From Tubiluchus corallicola (lineage: Eukaryota; Animalia; Priapulida), in NCBI GenBank assembly GCA_030141605.1, contig JAQGDQ010000945.1, positions 14,403 to 78,402 of the forward strand: DNA of 64,000 bases. Direction: 5' to 3'. Under the pieces are notes generated by a model. It made no database searches. It saw only the letters and a list, made by a program, of their open reading frames with translations, and was not told the origin of the DNA. Positions within the stretch are counted from its first letter, which is position 1; each line of letters starts with the position of its first letter. Below are positions 14,101 to 29,100 of the stretch, one piece after another. Both the position numbers and the translations under genes were made by a program.

Positions 14101-17100
14101 GCTTGAAATTTGTTATAAATGATGGTGCATGAGTAACTTTCAACCATGCATATCATTAAGAAGTTTTTTAACACTTTATTTTGTGTATATCTCTGGAATC
14201 CCTATTTTTCTACTTTTTCTAGTTTAGCGCTAGTTACTACTGCACAGAATTTCAGAATTGAAATGTGACTTTAAGTTTTTTAAAAATTGGCTACTACCTA
14301 GAAGAACCATCTGCGTCAATTGACAACAACACATATTGCACATTTTAAATTATCACAAAATACTGACATCATAATGGTAAACGCAAATGTAAATCTGTGA
14401 ACATATATCAGTGATTGTAAGTCAGCAACCTCTTTTGACGTCTTATTGCAGCTAGAAACTTGGTGATCTGAACTTTCTTGACAGTCAACTCTCAGGTGCC
14501 AGATGGCTTGACTCAGTGCAGGTCGCAAAACTGCGAAATCTGCCATTAGATGAATCATTATACTTGTTCTGTATAAACTGCTTCAATTTTATATGGATTC
14601 AGTTAACTTTTTCAGGTATCATTGAATTTCAGCAATATCTGGCTGATAACTACCAGTTTTACTTTTGTATAGGAATGAAAACTGTGACTGCGTCAGTTGA
14701 CGCATTCTGGTCTTTCTGAGAAGTAAACTTTTTCTGTCTTTCTAGTGTTAAGACTACTGTGTACCTAGGGACAATTGTGTACCTAAAATGAACTTGTGGA
14801 TATTGTTTTAAAACCACGTTTGGAATTTTCTAGATGATGGTGTCGATGGAGTAGCTACACCTATGGAGAGGCATGCTATGGTGAAAGAGTTACTTCAACA
14901 AATGATGAAGGATGTTGACAGATTACCTTTGATGAAGGTAACCCACATTCACGTTTCATGTAGCAGATGAGAGAATGGACTTTTGCACATTGTAGTAGGA
15001 CTTTACTTATCCAAACTAACAACTACCCGAGCGTATTTGGATAATTGATTTTTGGCATAAATAATCACAATTAGAAAGCAGAAGCAGTGTAGTTTATGGA
15101 AACTGCTTGTTTCTGCATTGCATGCAAGATGTAACATATCATATTGGTCTCTTTCCAGAGATTGGGTATAAAGGTCATGGTACCTGATTTGCAAATTATG
15201 TATCTTTTCATCATGTAGACCAAAATTCATAGGGTCATTGGATATTGATATTTATTTTAGTTTTTATTATGTGACTGGACAGTTAATGTTGTCACTTACT
15301 TTTTTATTTTTAGCTAGTGGCTTTTATTTTAAGATCCTAATGAAAATTTGACAGAAATTTATTTCATTTAATCTCGTTTGGTCACCTCACATTTTTTGAG
15401 TGCAGTATTCATTGCTTAGAGAATAAGAAATAACACATACTGTTTGCATGCATTCTTTAAGGATGGAGAAATAATTGACGAAGATAAAGAAGAACTTGCT
15501 CAAACATATGAAGATGTTCTTGCTTCTGCTATTATTAATAAGGTAGATATTTGGTGTGTCATTTTTCTGCCTTGTTTAGAATGTTTTTAAAGCATGCCCA
15601 CAAGGGTAAGTGAAAGAAATAGCAGTGTTAAATGCCGTTTTTTTGGTTTTTTTGGCAATTTCAGAACGAATGTTTCGGCTTTCTTGTCACATCTTTTCAT
15701 CTTTTTGGGTCTGATAAACAAGTAATTTAACAAAATTGGCTATATTTATTGTTACTTTTGGAAATTTTAAAGTAATATGACTAGGATAAGCGGTTGAAAA
15801 ATTTCAACGGTCAGAATAGTGGCATTGCCATGCCCAAGCTTGTGAAAATTTTTTGACATTTTTGTTAACTTTTTTTAATGTTTACGTTGGCTCATGCCTT
15901 GATATGTTATGTATTCAAATTCGTTTTTGTTGTAAAGCCAGTAAGCAATGCTGTCCTAATACCAAATTTAAAAAAGTGGCTGTAGTGTTAATTTTAGACA
16001 TTTAGAGAAATGCAAAAACTCATAATAAGTTGTTAACTGGTGCATTATTTACTTTTAGATTGTTTATGATCATCAGTGTCGTGTAGCTAATTCAATGCAT
16101 CAAAATATAGAAGACGAGCAGCGACTGAACAAATGTTTAGAAATTTGTTGGCCACTTGGCGAAGTATGTGCTTAGCTGTTTTATATCATCTTCTCTTTAT
16201 AGATTAATAATGTGTGCAATTGGGAAAAAGGTATTGGAACATCTATTGTATAGTCATAATACTTTATCAAAACTCTAATTTATATAGTAGAGTTTATTCG
16301 AGAATGTGGTTTAGCTTGACAGTAAAAATACTATCATTTTCTCAGATATTTCTGTAACTTTCAATTTTCTTACATGATTAAATGATGTTTTGTGTTTTAC
16401 ATGTGCTGTATGCTTGTTGAAGCACTTATTGTCACATATTGCAGCACCAATAGCAATTTTTTAAACCCAGTACTAAGGTGAATAAATTGTTGTGGCAAGA
16501 CGGTAACCTAATTAATTATGAAGGATACTCATTTAGGACGAGATCTTGAATTCAACGACCACCCATCTGTTGGCTGACTAGACTTGGTATTGCTTAACTT
16601 CGGTCACTAAGGAACACTGAACTTGATCAGTGAATCAGATTTAGTAGTCTTTTTGGCCAATTTTATTTGCCCTATGTGTAAAAATCATTAAGCCAATTTC
16701 ACACATTTGTTCCATGATCTAGCAATTGGCAGAGGTGAAATAGTAGTGTATTTTCATTACATCGTTTTTGACTGTCAGTTAGGATTTGCAATTTTCTCAT
16801 GATATTGTTACTGCAAAATGCCAAAAAATGGTGTACTTAAATTACTTAAATTGTCTAATGTGGACTTTTGGTGACAAATGTTTTGTTACTGGTGGTATAT
16901 TTTAGGCTGATGTCTCTGGTATGAGTAATGAAGATGGGATGGTTAGCTCACCCGTAGATGGTGGTATGGTTCTTGCACTTGATAGTGACGAGGAAGTAGA
17001 TGCTCACTGGGAGGGACTCGATCATCTACAGTATCACACGGTAAATTTGCTGTTCTTCGTGTTATCACATCTTTAAGTTGGTTATTATATATGCAAATCA

Positions 17101-20100
17101 ATGATTTTCCAAAACCCTGAATAAATGATAGGCAACAGTGGCCTTCTTTTTGGGGCTGCAAACAACTGTTTACTCAATTTTTTAACTTTTTTGCACTTCA
17201 GCTGTGTTCTGGAGTACTAATAATGATTTATTTTATGATTAGCCATTATTTGCTACATTATGATTAAACAACAATACAGAATTTTGTTTTGCTGTGTCAG
17301 GTGGCTTACAGTGATAAGAAACTATAACAAGTAGAGAAATGGAAAAGTCTTTCTATAGAAAAATTACCTTGTTTTCTAAATGAATCTTGTGTCCATGCAG
17401 AGAATACCGTTGGCAACTTTTGCAGAATCTTCATTTTCTTAATTAATGTAGCTCGTTACTGTGAGTGGCTAATGGTCTTGTTCGGGGTGATATATATATA
17501 TATATATATATATACATACATATATATATAAACAGAACGGTCCTTTGAACATAGTCTCAGCTGTAAGTTTATAATGCCTCATATCTGCATTTTAAGAAGA
17601 CCAATATGCTGGCACATTGTTTCAATTTGTTTGTGCGAATTCTATTATTTATATTCTTCTACTTGATTTATGCTCTGTTATAAAACAGGTCAGGCATTTT
17701 CATACCCTCCTATACCCTTTGCACTAGGTGGCATAGTCTGGGCGGTCGTGAGTTCAATACTGTGGCTGGGTTATATCAAATACTTTAAACTTTATACACT
17801 AAGTCACTGCCTGGTGCGTGGTATTTAAGGTAAAAGCAGAGTAATTATAGTCTCTGTTATGTAAGTGTAGATTTGTTATTTAGAGTCGGCAAAAAAGTTC
17901 TTTGAGCTTATGTTGATTGTTAATCCAAAAGCCGATTTTGAATAAAGGTTATTATTATTATTATGATGATGATGATGATTATTCTAATTATTATTATTGT
18001 TATTATTACTATTATTATTATTAATGCAATTTAATTACAGGTGAAATTACCTGAGATACTGTGTAGTGATACTGAAGATACAGTTGGTGATAATTGGTAT
18101 TTTAAAAATGAAGACATTCTGCAAGCTTATAATCGACTTTCGGAGAGCAAGATTGCTGTTTCTCTTGATGAGTCAGTTTTTATGACCACTCCGTACGAGA
18201 GAGATGCCATCAAGCCAAAAATAGGTGAAAGGTACGACATGACATATACATAGATCTGTGCAGCTATGTGTTTACCTGCTTGAATTGGGTTTAGTGCTTG
18301 CTTTCACCTTTATGAAGTTAATATCAATGTGGAAAAATGGCAAAAATCAAAATTGTTGACTTTGATCAGAAGAAACTTACTTAATAGATTGGCTTAATAA
18401 ATTCCTTTGCTGTCTGCCTTTTGCTGGGGAAACTTACAAATTTAGAAACAGCCAAGTAAGCCATATTGGGTAGCACAGTATTCTAATTATTTAGCTAGTA
18501 AGCTAAATATAACTGACTTTATTTGCCTGGGACTTTTGATGATGTGCAGTTTTGTTGCAGAGATGTAGATGAGCTCTCTGAATTGTCTGAAGAAAGCCTC
18601 ACCATTTTTGATATGGATCACAAAGTTGATGTTAAGTCTGCACGGGAATTTCGTGAGAACAACCTTGTCAACTATGGACGCTACAGGCAGGAAGTGGCAA
18701 TGAGAAAAGATCTACAGCTGGAACTCGACCCGGCATACAGGTAATAAAGATTGTGATGTTGAAATGCATTTACAATAGAGGCTAATGTGTTATTATACTT
18801 TGAGTAATAATTAAGGTGTTCAAGCTTTTTAAAAAAGCTTTTTACTAACAACAAAAAGGAGAATTACAAAGTTTTAAAAGAGACATGTGTAATATTAACT
18901 TGGGGTTTTATTCATATTTCTGAGTTGCCCACATTGCCAAATCGTAGTTTGATACTTTTCACAGTGATTTTGAAAATAACTTCCAGTCATTTGATTAAAA
19001 TTGCATGGATTACAAACAATTGAAATTCTGGTTAAATTAAATTTATTGATATTTTACACAATTTGATTTGGTGAATGGAGATTTGCCATCGGGTAATCGT
19101 CTAATTGGTCTCTTATGAGTCACCTGGTTTTTGGATTTTTAAAGTCATATAATCAACCGTATTGGAATATAGATTGTTGGTATCTGTTTAATTTGTAATC
19201 TTATCTGTACAGTTTTTAGTTTTTGTGTATTAATTTTTTTAACTATGTTTTTGTGTTTTTACTTATGCATTTTTACTCTTTTATAAGATTGCCTAATAAA
19301 TGAAATGAAATAACCAGTGGCGGCTCGTGTATAGGCACTGTGGAATTGCAGCACCCCCTATTTATACTTGTACATACTTGTAAATCCTTGTATGGAGCCA
19401 GAGCACGGAAGGAAATTTACTTTATATGTTTGTTTCGTTTTACACGGCACTAAAACAATGGTAAAAATTTTCTGAAGCAGCACCCCGACTGATCTTAGCT
19501 ACGAACCTCCACTGGAAATAACTACATCATGTAAATATTACAAGCACACTTAGACCCAAAGTCTTTAAGATATTGATCTGTGTTCCGATTTTGGCATTTT
19601 TCGTTGTCGTTATACTTCCTGCGTCAAAACAAATTTCTGCGGTGATTATTGAATTTCTCCCATTAGACATTTGTTGACTTTTATAATGTGCACAAATCAA
19701 TGGAAGCATGTTTGTATGTGTAATGCTGATTTTCATTAAAATTTCTCTCATACTCATTTATGTTTAGTGTCCTAAGTTTAGCAGAGCTGTGATCTAATTT
19801 AAAGTTTTTTTGTTTCTGTTTTAATAAATTTTCTGGCTTTTTAGTGGTTATGATGATTATTTCATGGATGTTGCGTATCGTAAAGCAGAATTTGATGCTT
19901 TGCGAGCCGAACTCAGCGAAAGGGACAAGTTAACGTCGTTGGATACATCTTTAGATACACATCTCTCGGATGCTGATCGTCTAGAATCAAGTACCATGAG
20001 ATCGGATGATTCTAAGAGGTTGTCGATCAGTTCTTCTGTGTTCGATGAAAGCTTGTTGGAGGATGCTAGCTTCACAAGAAAGGTAATGCATCTGCATACT

Positions 20101-23100
20101 TATAATAGCCATCGCCACATACGCTATTTTTAATTTGAAATAATTTTGAACTGAATTCAAAATTGATGTTTGTGATAAGACAAATTTGTATTATTAACCA
20201 AATAGTAGCATTAAGAGCAAAATTGTCCCAAAAATTTATTTATTTAAACAGTGAAAATGCTTAGTACATTGTACAGTCCTTTGGCACCCAAAGAAATAAG
20301 CAAAGCATCTTCTAGAAAAATGATGATTGTTAAGTGTAAATTTCAACTTTATGACATTTAAATAAATTCTGATGACTCTGAAGGAATATTTTTACTAAAT
20401 AATAAATATACTTGTTTTATTGCAGTCAGTTATTTGATAATAAGTTTGTAATTAATTACTATTTAAGTAAACCAGATATAGAGTTTAGCTGTATGGTTTA
20501 AATTTTTGATGCTAGTTGAATGAAATGAGCTTTCTTAAAGTTACAATAAAGGCTAGCTTCCTTCCTAAGTTAGTGACAAAAGCACTCATTTTATGAACTT
20601 TATGATTTTTTCACTAATCTGTCATAATTATAATTGACTGTTATATGTATTTTGTTGTATTTTTCAGCCGCATACTGATCCCTCATTCAGGTTGAAGCCT
20701 AAAGATTGCATCATCAAAGCTGGTGATCCAGTCAGATTCAGGTCGAGACCCAAAGGAACTAAACCCATTGGTTTGTCTTTATTGCAGTTTTTAGAAGTAA
20801 TTTAGGAAATTTCTAGCCCAGCTCTTTTCAGTGATATTGCTTCAGATATACTGTTAAATAAAACTAAAGTAAAACAATAGCAAGTTTCTTGGAGGACTTC
20901 AGAATAAAACAAATTACTTGACTATTTTTGAGCTTGATTTGTCTACTCTGTACTCGTCCACTCCTTAGTTGTCATGTTTTAGTCTTTTGCTACATAATTA
21001 TGGTGAATATGATGATTTTAGAGTGCCTGTTGTTGTTTTCACGCAGATGTATTTTGGTACAAAGATACGACTGAGCTGATGGGGGAACGCTATCATGCAT
21101 ACTATGATGAAGGCGTACATTATCTTGAAATCTACGACACAAGCATCGATGATGCGGGTGAATATTTATGCGTAGCTGTCAACGAAGTTGGAGAGTGCAG
21201 CACTTATTTTGCTCTCAGTGTAAAAGGTAATGTCTTAGTTAAGCACTATGTATAGCACTTGGTGGAATAAGTGTTTAAAAGCGAATTTTGCATATCTTTA
21301 TCTGCATGTATGTGCATATATTTGTGCACATTTTGTCAAGAATAAACTGGTTATAAACATAAAATTGCTCGATGCTAGGGATTTTATGAGTATGCAAAAT
21401 ACTTGCAAGTCAGTGTTTGCTAAGTATGAATATTAAACACAAGGCTAAAAATGCAAGAATTTCACACAACTTCTTACATTTACTTCATGCTCATATGCTT
21501 TGCTGTTCAACACTTTGGCAAGCAGGTGTGGAAAAGTTTGGACAATTAAGAAATACTTGACCAAATAGATACTTTACGTTTCTCACATGAATGTTAGCAT
21601 AAACACTGACGTAGATATCTTTATTGGTATTATGTACTACATGTGGCTTACATGACATTTTTCTTTTATGTTTTGCACAAATTGCTAGTTACGCTGGTGT
21701 TTGTTATGTTTTGTAAACACACTGTTTACATTTGTTATTAATTTTTAGTGGTATGACCTATCTAGTGCTAAATGGTCCAGAAACGTTTTTTTTGTTTTAA
21801 GAAACCACCAGATTAAATTAAGAAACAGAATTGGTAATTTTCAAAGTTTTTTTTTTCAGAATCAGGCGAACAAGATCGACCGCCCATTTTCAAAGTTAAA
21901 ATACGCAATCAAAAGGTTACTGAAGGTGGACCAGCAGAGTTCATGTGTATTGTTGATGGTTTTCCGATTCCTTCTCTGACGTTTTTCCGAAATGGACGCA
22001 GGATTGCAAACAGTGATCGTTACAGCATAGGTAAAAACAAACTTCTAGCAAAACAACATGTACAGTGTTGGTTATTGTGTATAATTTATCACAGAACATA
22101 GAATAACGTAAGAATTTTGATGATACTATATGATCTGCCTTAAGCTAGGTTGCTCTGCTGTTATGGGACATCTTGAATAAAATTGAAGAGTTTTATTTAA
22201 TCAGCAAGTGGTAGGCTTTTGTGAGGTTATTAAATTTTGGGAACCAGCATTAAAGTTAAATGAAACATAATTATAAATTGATGACAGATCCATTGTAATT
22301 ATGTTTCATTTAACTTTAGCGCTGGTTGGAGAAGCAGAAATGAACTATTTGGAACATTCTCAAAAAATTAATGGTCACATGCAAAATGGTGTTTGTTATA
22401 CTTCTTTTGTCACTAATTCAGAAATTGATTCTGTCTGTGTTGTATTTATATTGTATTTTTTTACTATTTCTTGTTTACTATGATAAATTCCACATATGTC
22501 CATTCGTGTAAATTGTTTCTCCAATTTTTTTATTTTATGTGCTCGAAACAATGTTAAACAAACAATAAAATAAACCAAAGACTAAGATCATTCAGTGGAT
22601 GACTACATATAAAAAAAGCGACAATTCGGGTAATATTCAAAGTCATGGTCTCTTTTCAGTGCGCAATTTAAGATTCAGTAATGGTGTTATTTGTCCTTTA
22701 AATGCACTTCTTCCATTGTTTAGAGAGCCTTGGTGGAGGAGAATGGACTTTGGTCATTCATCCTACAACGATTATTGACCATGTAGAATTCAAAGCTGTG
22801 GTCAAGAACAAGCTCGGTACAGCAGAGTGTAGTGCCACTTTGACGGTTGTTTCTAAAGGTAAATGTTGTAATACATAAAAGCATTGAGTTTAGTAAACTG
22901 AACTCTTAGCAAACTAACTGATTGTTTTGGTGCAGTATTGTCAGCAGTCTTCCTGTTAGATGATTTTGTATTGGTTGCTCTTTTAGTTACTAAACAAGAC
23001 GGTATACCAATTCACCTGATGTACCCCTAATTTTAAACTTATTAATAGAGTATTAGTATGCCGAGTATTTCTCTAAAATGTGTATCCAAACCACGTTGTC

Positions 23101-26100
23101 AAAATTATCTTATTGATTAATTTGTTAACATCTAATAGCAAATTAGGCAGAACTTTAAGTGTTTTTGGTTTCACACTAAAAACCATGTTCTTTAAATTAT
23201 TGCATGATAAATTAGGTAAGATAGTCGACAAAGTAACTTTATTCTTAATAAGAAGGTACCTTATGGAAACAAAAAATTAATGAATTTCATGATTCCCTTC
23301 ATAATGAATGGAGATTATGAATTTATTATAAAGATTTATCACACTAGTCTTTTGCTAAATGCAGTTGTTGTGCACTGTACATACATAATCTTCCATTTCT
23401 TGTTAAAGAAATTAAAAGTAAACTTTTGGATGACAAATAATGATGGTGGTTATTATGATTATAATGTTTACATATGTTGTCTATAGGTAGAAGAAGTGCA
23501 TCTTTAATGGATCTGTCATCTAAGTTATATGACATGGAAAACAAAATGTTACGCAGCACGGAATCATTATTGTCTCTGTCTTCTGACAAGGTGAGACTTT
23601 GTAACTTTTGAAAGTTTTAACCTTTTAAGTATCAGCCGCGAAACTAAGGTTGCTTAATCGATGATGTTCTGCCTATTTCTGTTATGGTTATAGTTGTAGT
23701 TAATTAAACTGTTAATGATAATTATTTAGTATACAGAGTTACTCAGCTCCTCATTTGACAAAAATAATTTGCTTTGCTGTCAGGTAGTTGTAGGCATGAC
23801 CTATAACTATTGACCTATTGAAAATTTGTTGCTGTGATGCATTTATGATATCGGGATATTGCTAAGAGTCATACTGTACCTTGCATGTAGGAAAACCACT
23901 ATTAATGTGATGATAGTGATTCTTGTTTAATAATGTAGTCGTTCATAAGTCAGTATACTGCTTTTTGTCAGTACTAAAGTTTTGTGTTGGGGTTATCAAA
24001 AGAGCAACAGAATGCTATTTAACATGACTGGCATTACTTTTACCCATAGACCTCAGAAAAGTTCTAGTCGCTAGCCGTTTTGAGTTTTTGGTAGTTAGCT
24101 TTTTGACATTTCAAATAATACTTGTGACAGTCATTATTGTACTTCAAAAAAGTGAGCTGTCTCTACCATGTTCGGAAGTAACACTTCATTTGCAAGTTGA
24201 CTAGCTATCCTTGTTTGGTGTATTGCACTGTATAGGGTTTGGTGCCTGTCTACCGACTGGATGGATTACAAAATCGTATTGTCAACGTAGTAGAGTCTGT
24301 CATGCAGCTTTGGCTTATCGAAAGGCTATTGCTACATTAAACTTCGCATATTGTTACTTTATTTTGTGGAAAATGTTAATAAGCCCTTTCTTCATTGGTT
24401 CCTAAACTCTGACAGTTTGCTCAAAGTACTCGGTTTGTTGCCACTTTTCAATATTTTATCCCAGACATTTCTAGATCTTCTTCAACATCTTGTAAAGGCA
24501 ACCCTAGGCTGCTTTTCTGAAAAATCTTATCGAAAATTTCTCAGTTTGATACCATTTTGCATCAAGCAGAATGCTAATAAATACATCCTGTCATTTATAA
24601 ATTTGGAAGAATTCTATTCCTCTGAGTCCTGTATTTGTTCCTCATTTTCTAACTGTGGAATATGGATCTTTATCTTGAAGGCTACTGGGCTTGTTTAAGG
24701 CAATCTGCATAAAAAAATTAAAAAAATATTTCACAATTTTAGAGCCTTTTCAGCTATTTGTATCTCTAGAGCCTATATTTATTTTAGAACAAAATAGTCT
24801 GCCCAAAATAAATTAAAAATTTAAAAGTTTATTCTAGAATTTTCTTCATAGCCATTACTTTTTTGTTTGATTCCAGGGTGATTCACCAAGAGCACCACCT
24901 AGGCGTAAGAAGAAACCCATTTCTGTGACTGACATACCAGTTTGCAAAGAGCTGCAAAGCTACTATGACGAGGTTTGATTTGTTAAATTTTACTGAACCT
25001 TGTAGGGCATTTTTGATTTCACAATTGCATTTCTATGATTTGTTTTTTATTTTTCAGTTAAAAGCAGCTAAACAACAAGAACCTATTCAACAAGCAGCAT
25101 TAGAAGATTTCTATACAAAAGCTGATGCAGTGTAAGTGTTTTCACGGTATAGTTCCTTTGTCACTAATATGGATAATTTTCATGCAAAGTTGTTGCATTT
25201 GCACTATGACATGCAGCTTTTGGACAATTCTGACTTTAACATGTAGATGTTAGAATTTATGAATAATTAATATTTGTTTTAGTATAGTCCTACTTGTCAT
25301 CTAATACTTGTTAGCTAATTAGAGTAATTTGTTTATATAATAATGATAACTGTAGTAGTAGAAGAATGTGAAAGATCTAGCCCATATTACAAACAAATTC
25401 TCCTGTCCACTGTCAATGTGCACTATTTATTCACCAATATTTACAGACTTGTTTTTAGTTTTGGGTTAATGCTTTGCTTATTTATTATCATTACAAAATT
25501 TTCAAGGTTTCTTCACTAAATTCGTCTCCTATCATTTCTAACTGATTTTCATGGGTATATGCAAATTAAAAAACAAATTAACCATTTAATCAATACTAGC
25601 ACTAACACTAATACTAATAAAATTGCCACATTGTTTTCAAGTATTATTTCTAGAGCTTACTTAATTGCAAAACCTTTTTTGATGCTGAAACTTTATAATT
25701 GTTTGTAAGTGGAGGTATTGCCTCCGTAGAATGTAAGTGCCTTATTTTTCTCAGCGACACTTATCTAGTAGCTTGTGTGACAAGCTTCTCAGACTGAGAA
25801 TGTGTCTTAATCATTGTCATAACTCTCTGGAATGCAAGAGACCGCCTTTCATTTTCTCATTCGAAATGAAGGCAAGAAGTCGTTCATATTGATTTTACTC
25901 ATATGCAGTGATATGCTGAAGGAAGAGCTAGTTGCCAAAATAGAGCATTGAATTTCAGTTTGGCAACAGCCACTTTCATGACAACTTTTGTTCTGTTGCC
26001 TTTTCAGTACGATTGACTCGCCGAAGAAAGCAAAGGCTTTGCACTTGCCACCTGCTAAATCTGAACCTAGCAAACCAGAGCCAGTTTTAAAGCCACCTCA

Positions 26101-29100
26101 GTTGTCACCGATTGAGAAGTTGAAGCCAAGAGCAGATATGTCAAAAATTAGGCCACCTTTGAGAAGCAGAACAGCAGATGATGAGCAGATACCTTATCAG
26201 GTGCAGTACATCTCAATGTATCCATAACTGATTCATTTCTGATAAGGAAAATTTTTGCACTTAAGCTGTATGATATTTTCTGAAGCTTTAAAATGCCCTT
26301 TTGTTTTAGGATGCAAAACCTAGTCATTTTTAGAAGTGCTTGTATGCCTCTTTACTTCTGAGCAATTGGATCAAAGTTTTGAGTAGAAATTGTATTCTTT
26401 AGAGTGAGGATATTAGAGTGAAGGTTAAAACTCAAAATTACGATAACATCGAAGTGTATTATACTGTTATATAAGTATTAGGAAATAGTCATATAATACC
26501 TTGATTCGGGTATCTAAATGATATGCCAATTTTACCACTTGAACCAATTACTAATTGAACCACTTTTGTTTCAAAATCCTGTCAATTTTTTATAGTACAT
26601 GTTCCTTTTAAATAGTCATGAACACTTATTTAAAAAAATTCTTTCTCATTTAAATAACGATGTGAAGGTTATTTTGGTCTTTTAGTAACTTTCGTGTGGA
26701 ATTCACACTGGTATAAACAATATTCTTGTTTTGTATAAATGCGGTTTTAATGTTAAGTGCAATAATTGTGAATATCACATGAGTTTGAAAATATTCAATA
26801 TGTAAAAATTGTTTCCCTGACTGTACTTTACCTTTTAATTACCTGTAATTTTAACTTTCTGTGAAGGTGTAAATGCTGTCTTGCTTATTTTATAGGAATT
26901 TGAAAAGCAGTTTTATGGCGGAGAGAGCAACATACCTAAGCCGATTGTCGGTGCTGGTCTCAGACACGTCTTTGATGACGATGATCACATTCTTATTCAG
27001 CCAGAGGGTGACAGTAGAATAGACTGCGGGCTGAAGATTATCGACCCAGCGCAATACAAACGAGACTTCTATGTGAACAAAGTGCCCCAAACAGATCAAG
27101 ATGTACTAAAGTCACCCCAAAAGAAGCAGGTGAAATAGTTTTGCATATTTACAAGGGCCATCCTCGGTACAATAATTAATGATGTTAGAAGACATTTACA
27201 TGTGTTTCACTTACAGGAAATCAAGAATCATAGATACATAATGCTAGCAGTGTTTATATAATTTGATCTGAAAACTGTGGGAATATTTTTTCCTCGAGAA
27301 ATTTTTACTACTTATACCTACTCAATTGTGTTGAATATGAAAGCTATCATATTGCCAGGGTCACATTTTGTCAAAAGTTAAACAGCATGTGCATTTGATG
27401 CTCTTATTGTTTCTGGAAAAAAATTCGTATCTACAATCATATGATAGTCATCATCATCATCTAGAAAGATTTTTGACAGTTTTTGCACAGACTGAAGGAA
27501 GTTTTACGACAGCTGTTTACTGTTTCAGTGAATAGTCATTGCATCATGAAAAGTACCATTTTTTATTTTTTAGGTGGAAAGCTCTATTAAACTGAAAGGT
27601 CAGGTAGCCGAAGAGGCTCCCTATACTCCCATTGCTTCAGTTACCCCACCAGCTGGTGCTACAGTTACATTGTCACCACAAATGTCTCCTCAAGTTCAGC
27701 AGATCTCTCTGTCACCTCAAATTAAGCAGAAGCCACATACCGGCAAGGTTATCGTTTCTCCACTTATCTCACCTGTACGCAAACCTCCACCTGACAATGT
27801 TACTATTACTGCACCTGTGTCTAAAGTGCATAAGCCACCACCCATTGATGTGACAGTTTCTGCTCCAGTGGTGAAGGACTATCAGCCTGCACCAACTGAC
27901 ATCACAGTCTCTGCACCATTATCCAAAAAACCAGATATTCCATCCCCATCTGATGATGTCATCGTTTCTGCACCGTTGTCTAAGAAACAGGGACCTGTGC
28001 CATCTGACGTTACTGTCTCTGCACCAGTGGCTAAGAAGCAAGAACCTGTGCAATCTGACATCAGTGTTTTTGTACCGGCATCTAAGAAGCGAGAACCCAC
28101 ACAATCCGATGTTACTGTGTCTGCACCAGTGTCTAAGAAACGCGAACCAGCACCATCTGATGTTACTGTTTCCGCACCAGTGTCCAAGAAACATGCACCA
28201 GTGTCTAAGAAACATGAACCAGTACCATCTGATGTTACTGTTTCTGCACCAGTGTCCAAGAAGCATGTGCCTCCAGAAGAAGGAGTTACTGTCACTGCAC
28301 CTATAATAAAGAAACCTCAGCAACCCGAAGTCACCATTTCAGCTCCACTAAAGCAGCCCAGAGAACATGCCATTCTCACAAATGGCTCTATGGGGTAAAA
28401 CTTTTTTGCTATTATTTTTCTTTTTTAGTACTAATATTTACTTGGTTTACTACGTTTAATTGGTAGATGCTGAAAATTAGGGTTTCTTTTTGTATTTGGT
28501 GGCTGCTTCTGGGCTCAAAAAATTGCCTCTAAAAGTTTTTTGCAGTAACAAACATTAAAATACTTGTCAGAGTGAGCCTGATCCAGATCTCAGGATTTTC
28601 ATGGAGTTTGAGAGAACTAGACTTTGATCCTGAGCAAGCTATACCTTGAAATTACTGTGCTTGTTATTAAATTAATAATGTATTCGTATTAATAACATAG
28701 TCCTATTAAACAGTTGTTCCTGAACAACCTGCAGCTATGATTAACTCTTTATTTCAGGTTTAGGTAAATTTAAGAACAGAGAAAGCCTATGATTGCATTG
28801 ACATTTGTGTACTGAAAGTGCTTGCTTATGCTTACTTTGTGAAGATTAACATTAGCTTATCAGCGTTGTTTGTCACCATATGCTTTTATTGTCAGTAGTA
28901 GACTATCTTTCTTTTACTTTTGTGTCACTAGCTAAACTGATGTAAACTAACCTGTATTAATGAGTGGATGATCTCATAAACAGTTATGCGTAATTCAGAA
29001 AAAAATTATTGTCTGTATTTCATGTTTGTGCATTTAGAGGGGATTGAGTTAATTTCTTGTATATTTTGTGGAATAACCAGCTCATTAAACATCCAAGTCA

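Noticed and set aside
24351-24710. 115-aa intronic ORF and a purine-rich minus-strand segment after a ttttatgcag acceptor
   Set aside because: No recognisable motif; the minus frames contain stops; probably decayed transposon sequence.
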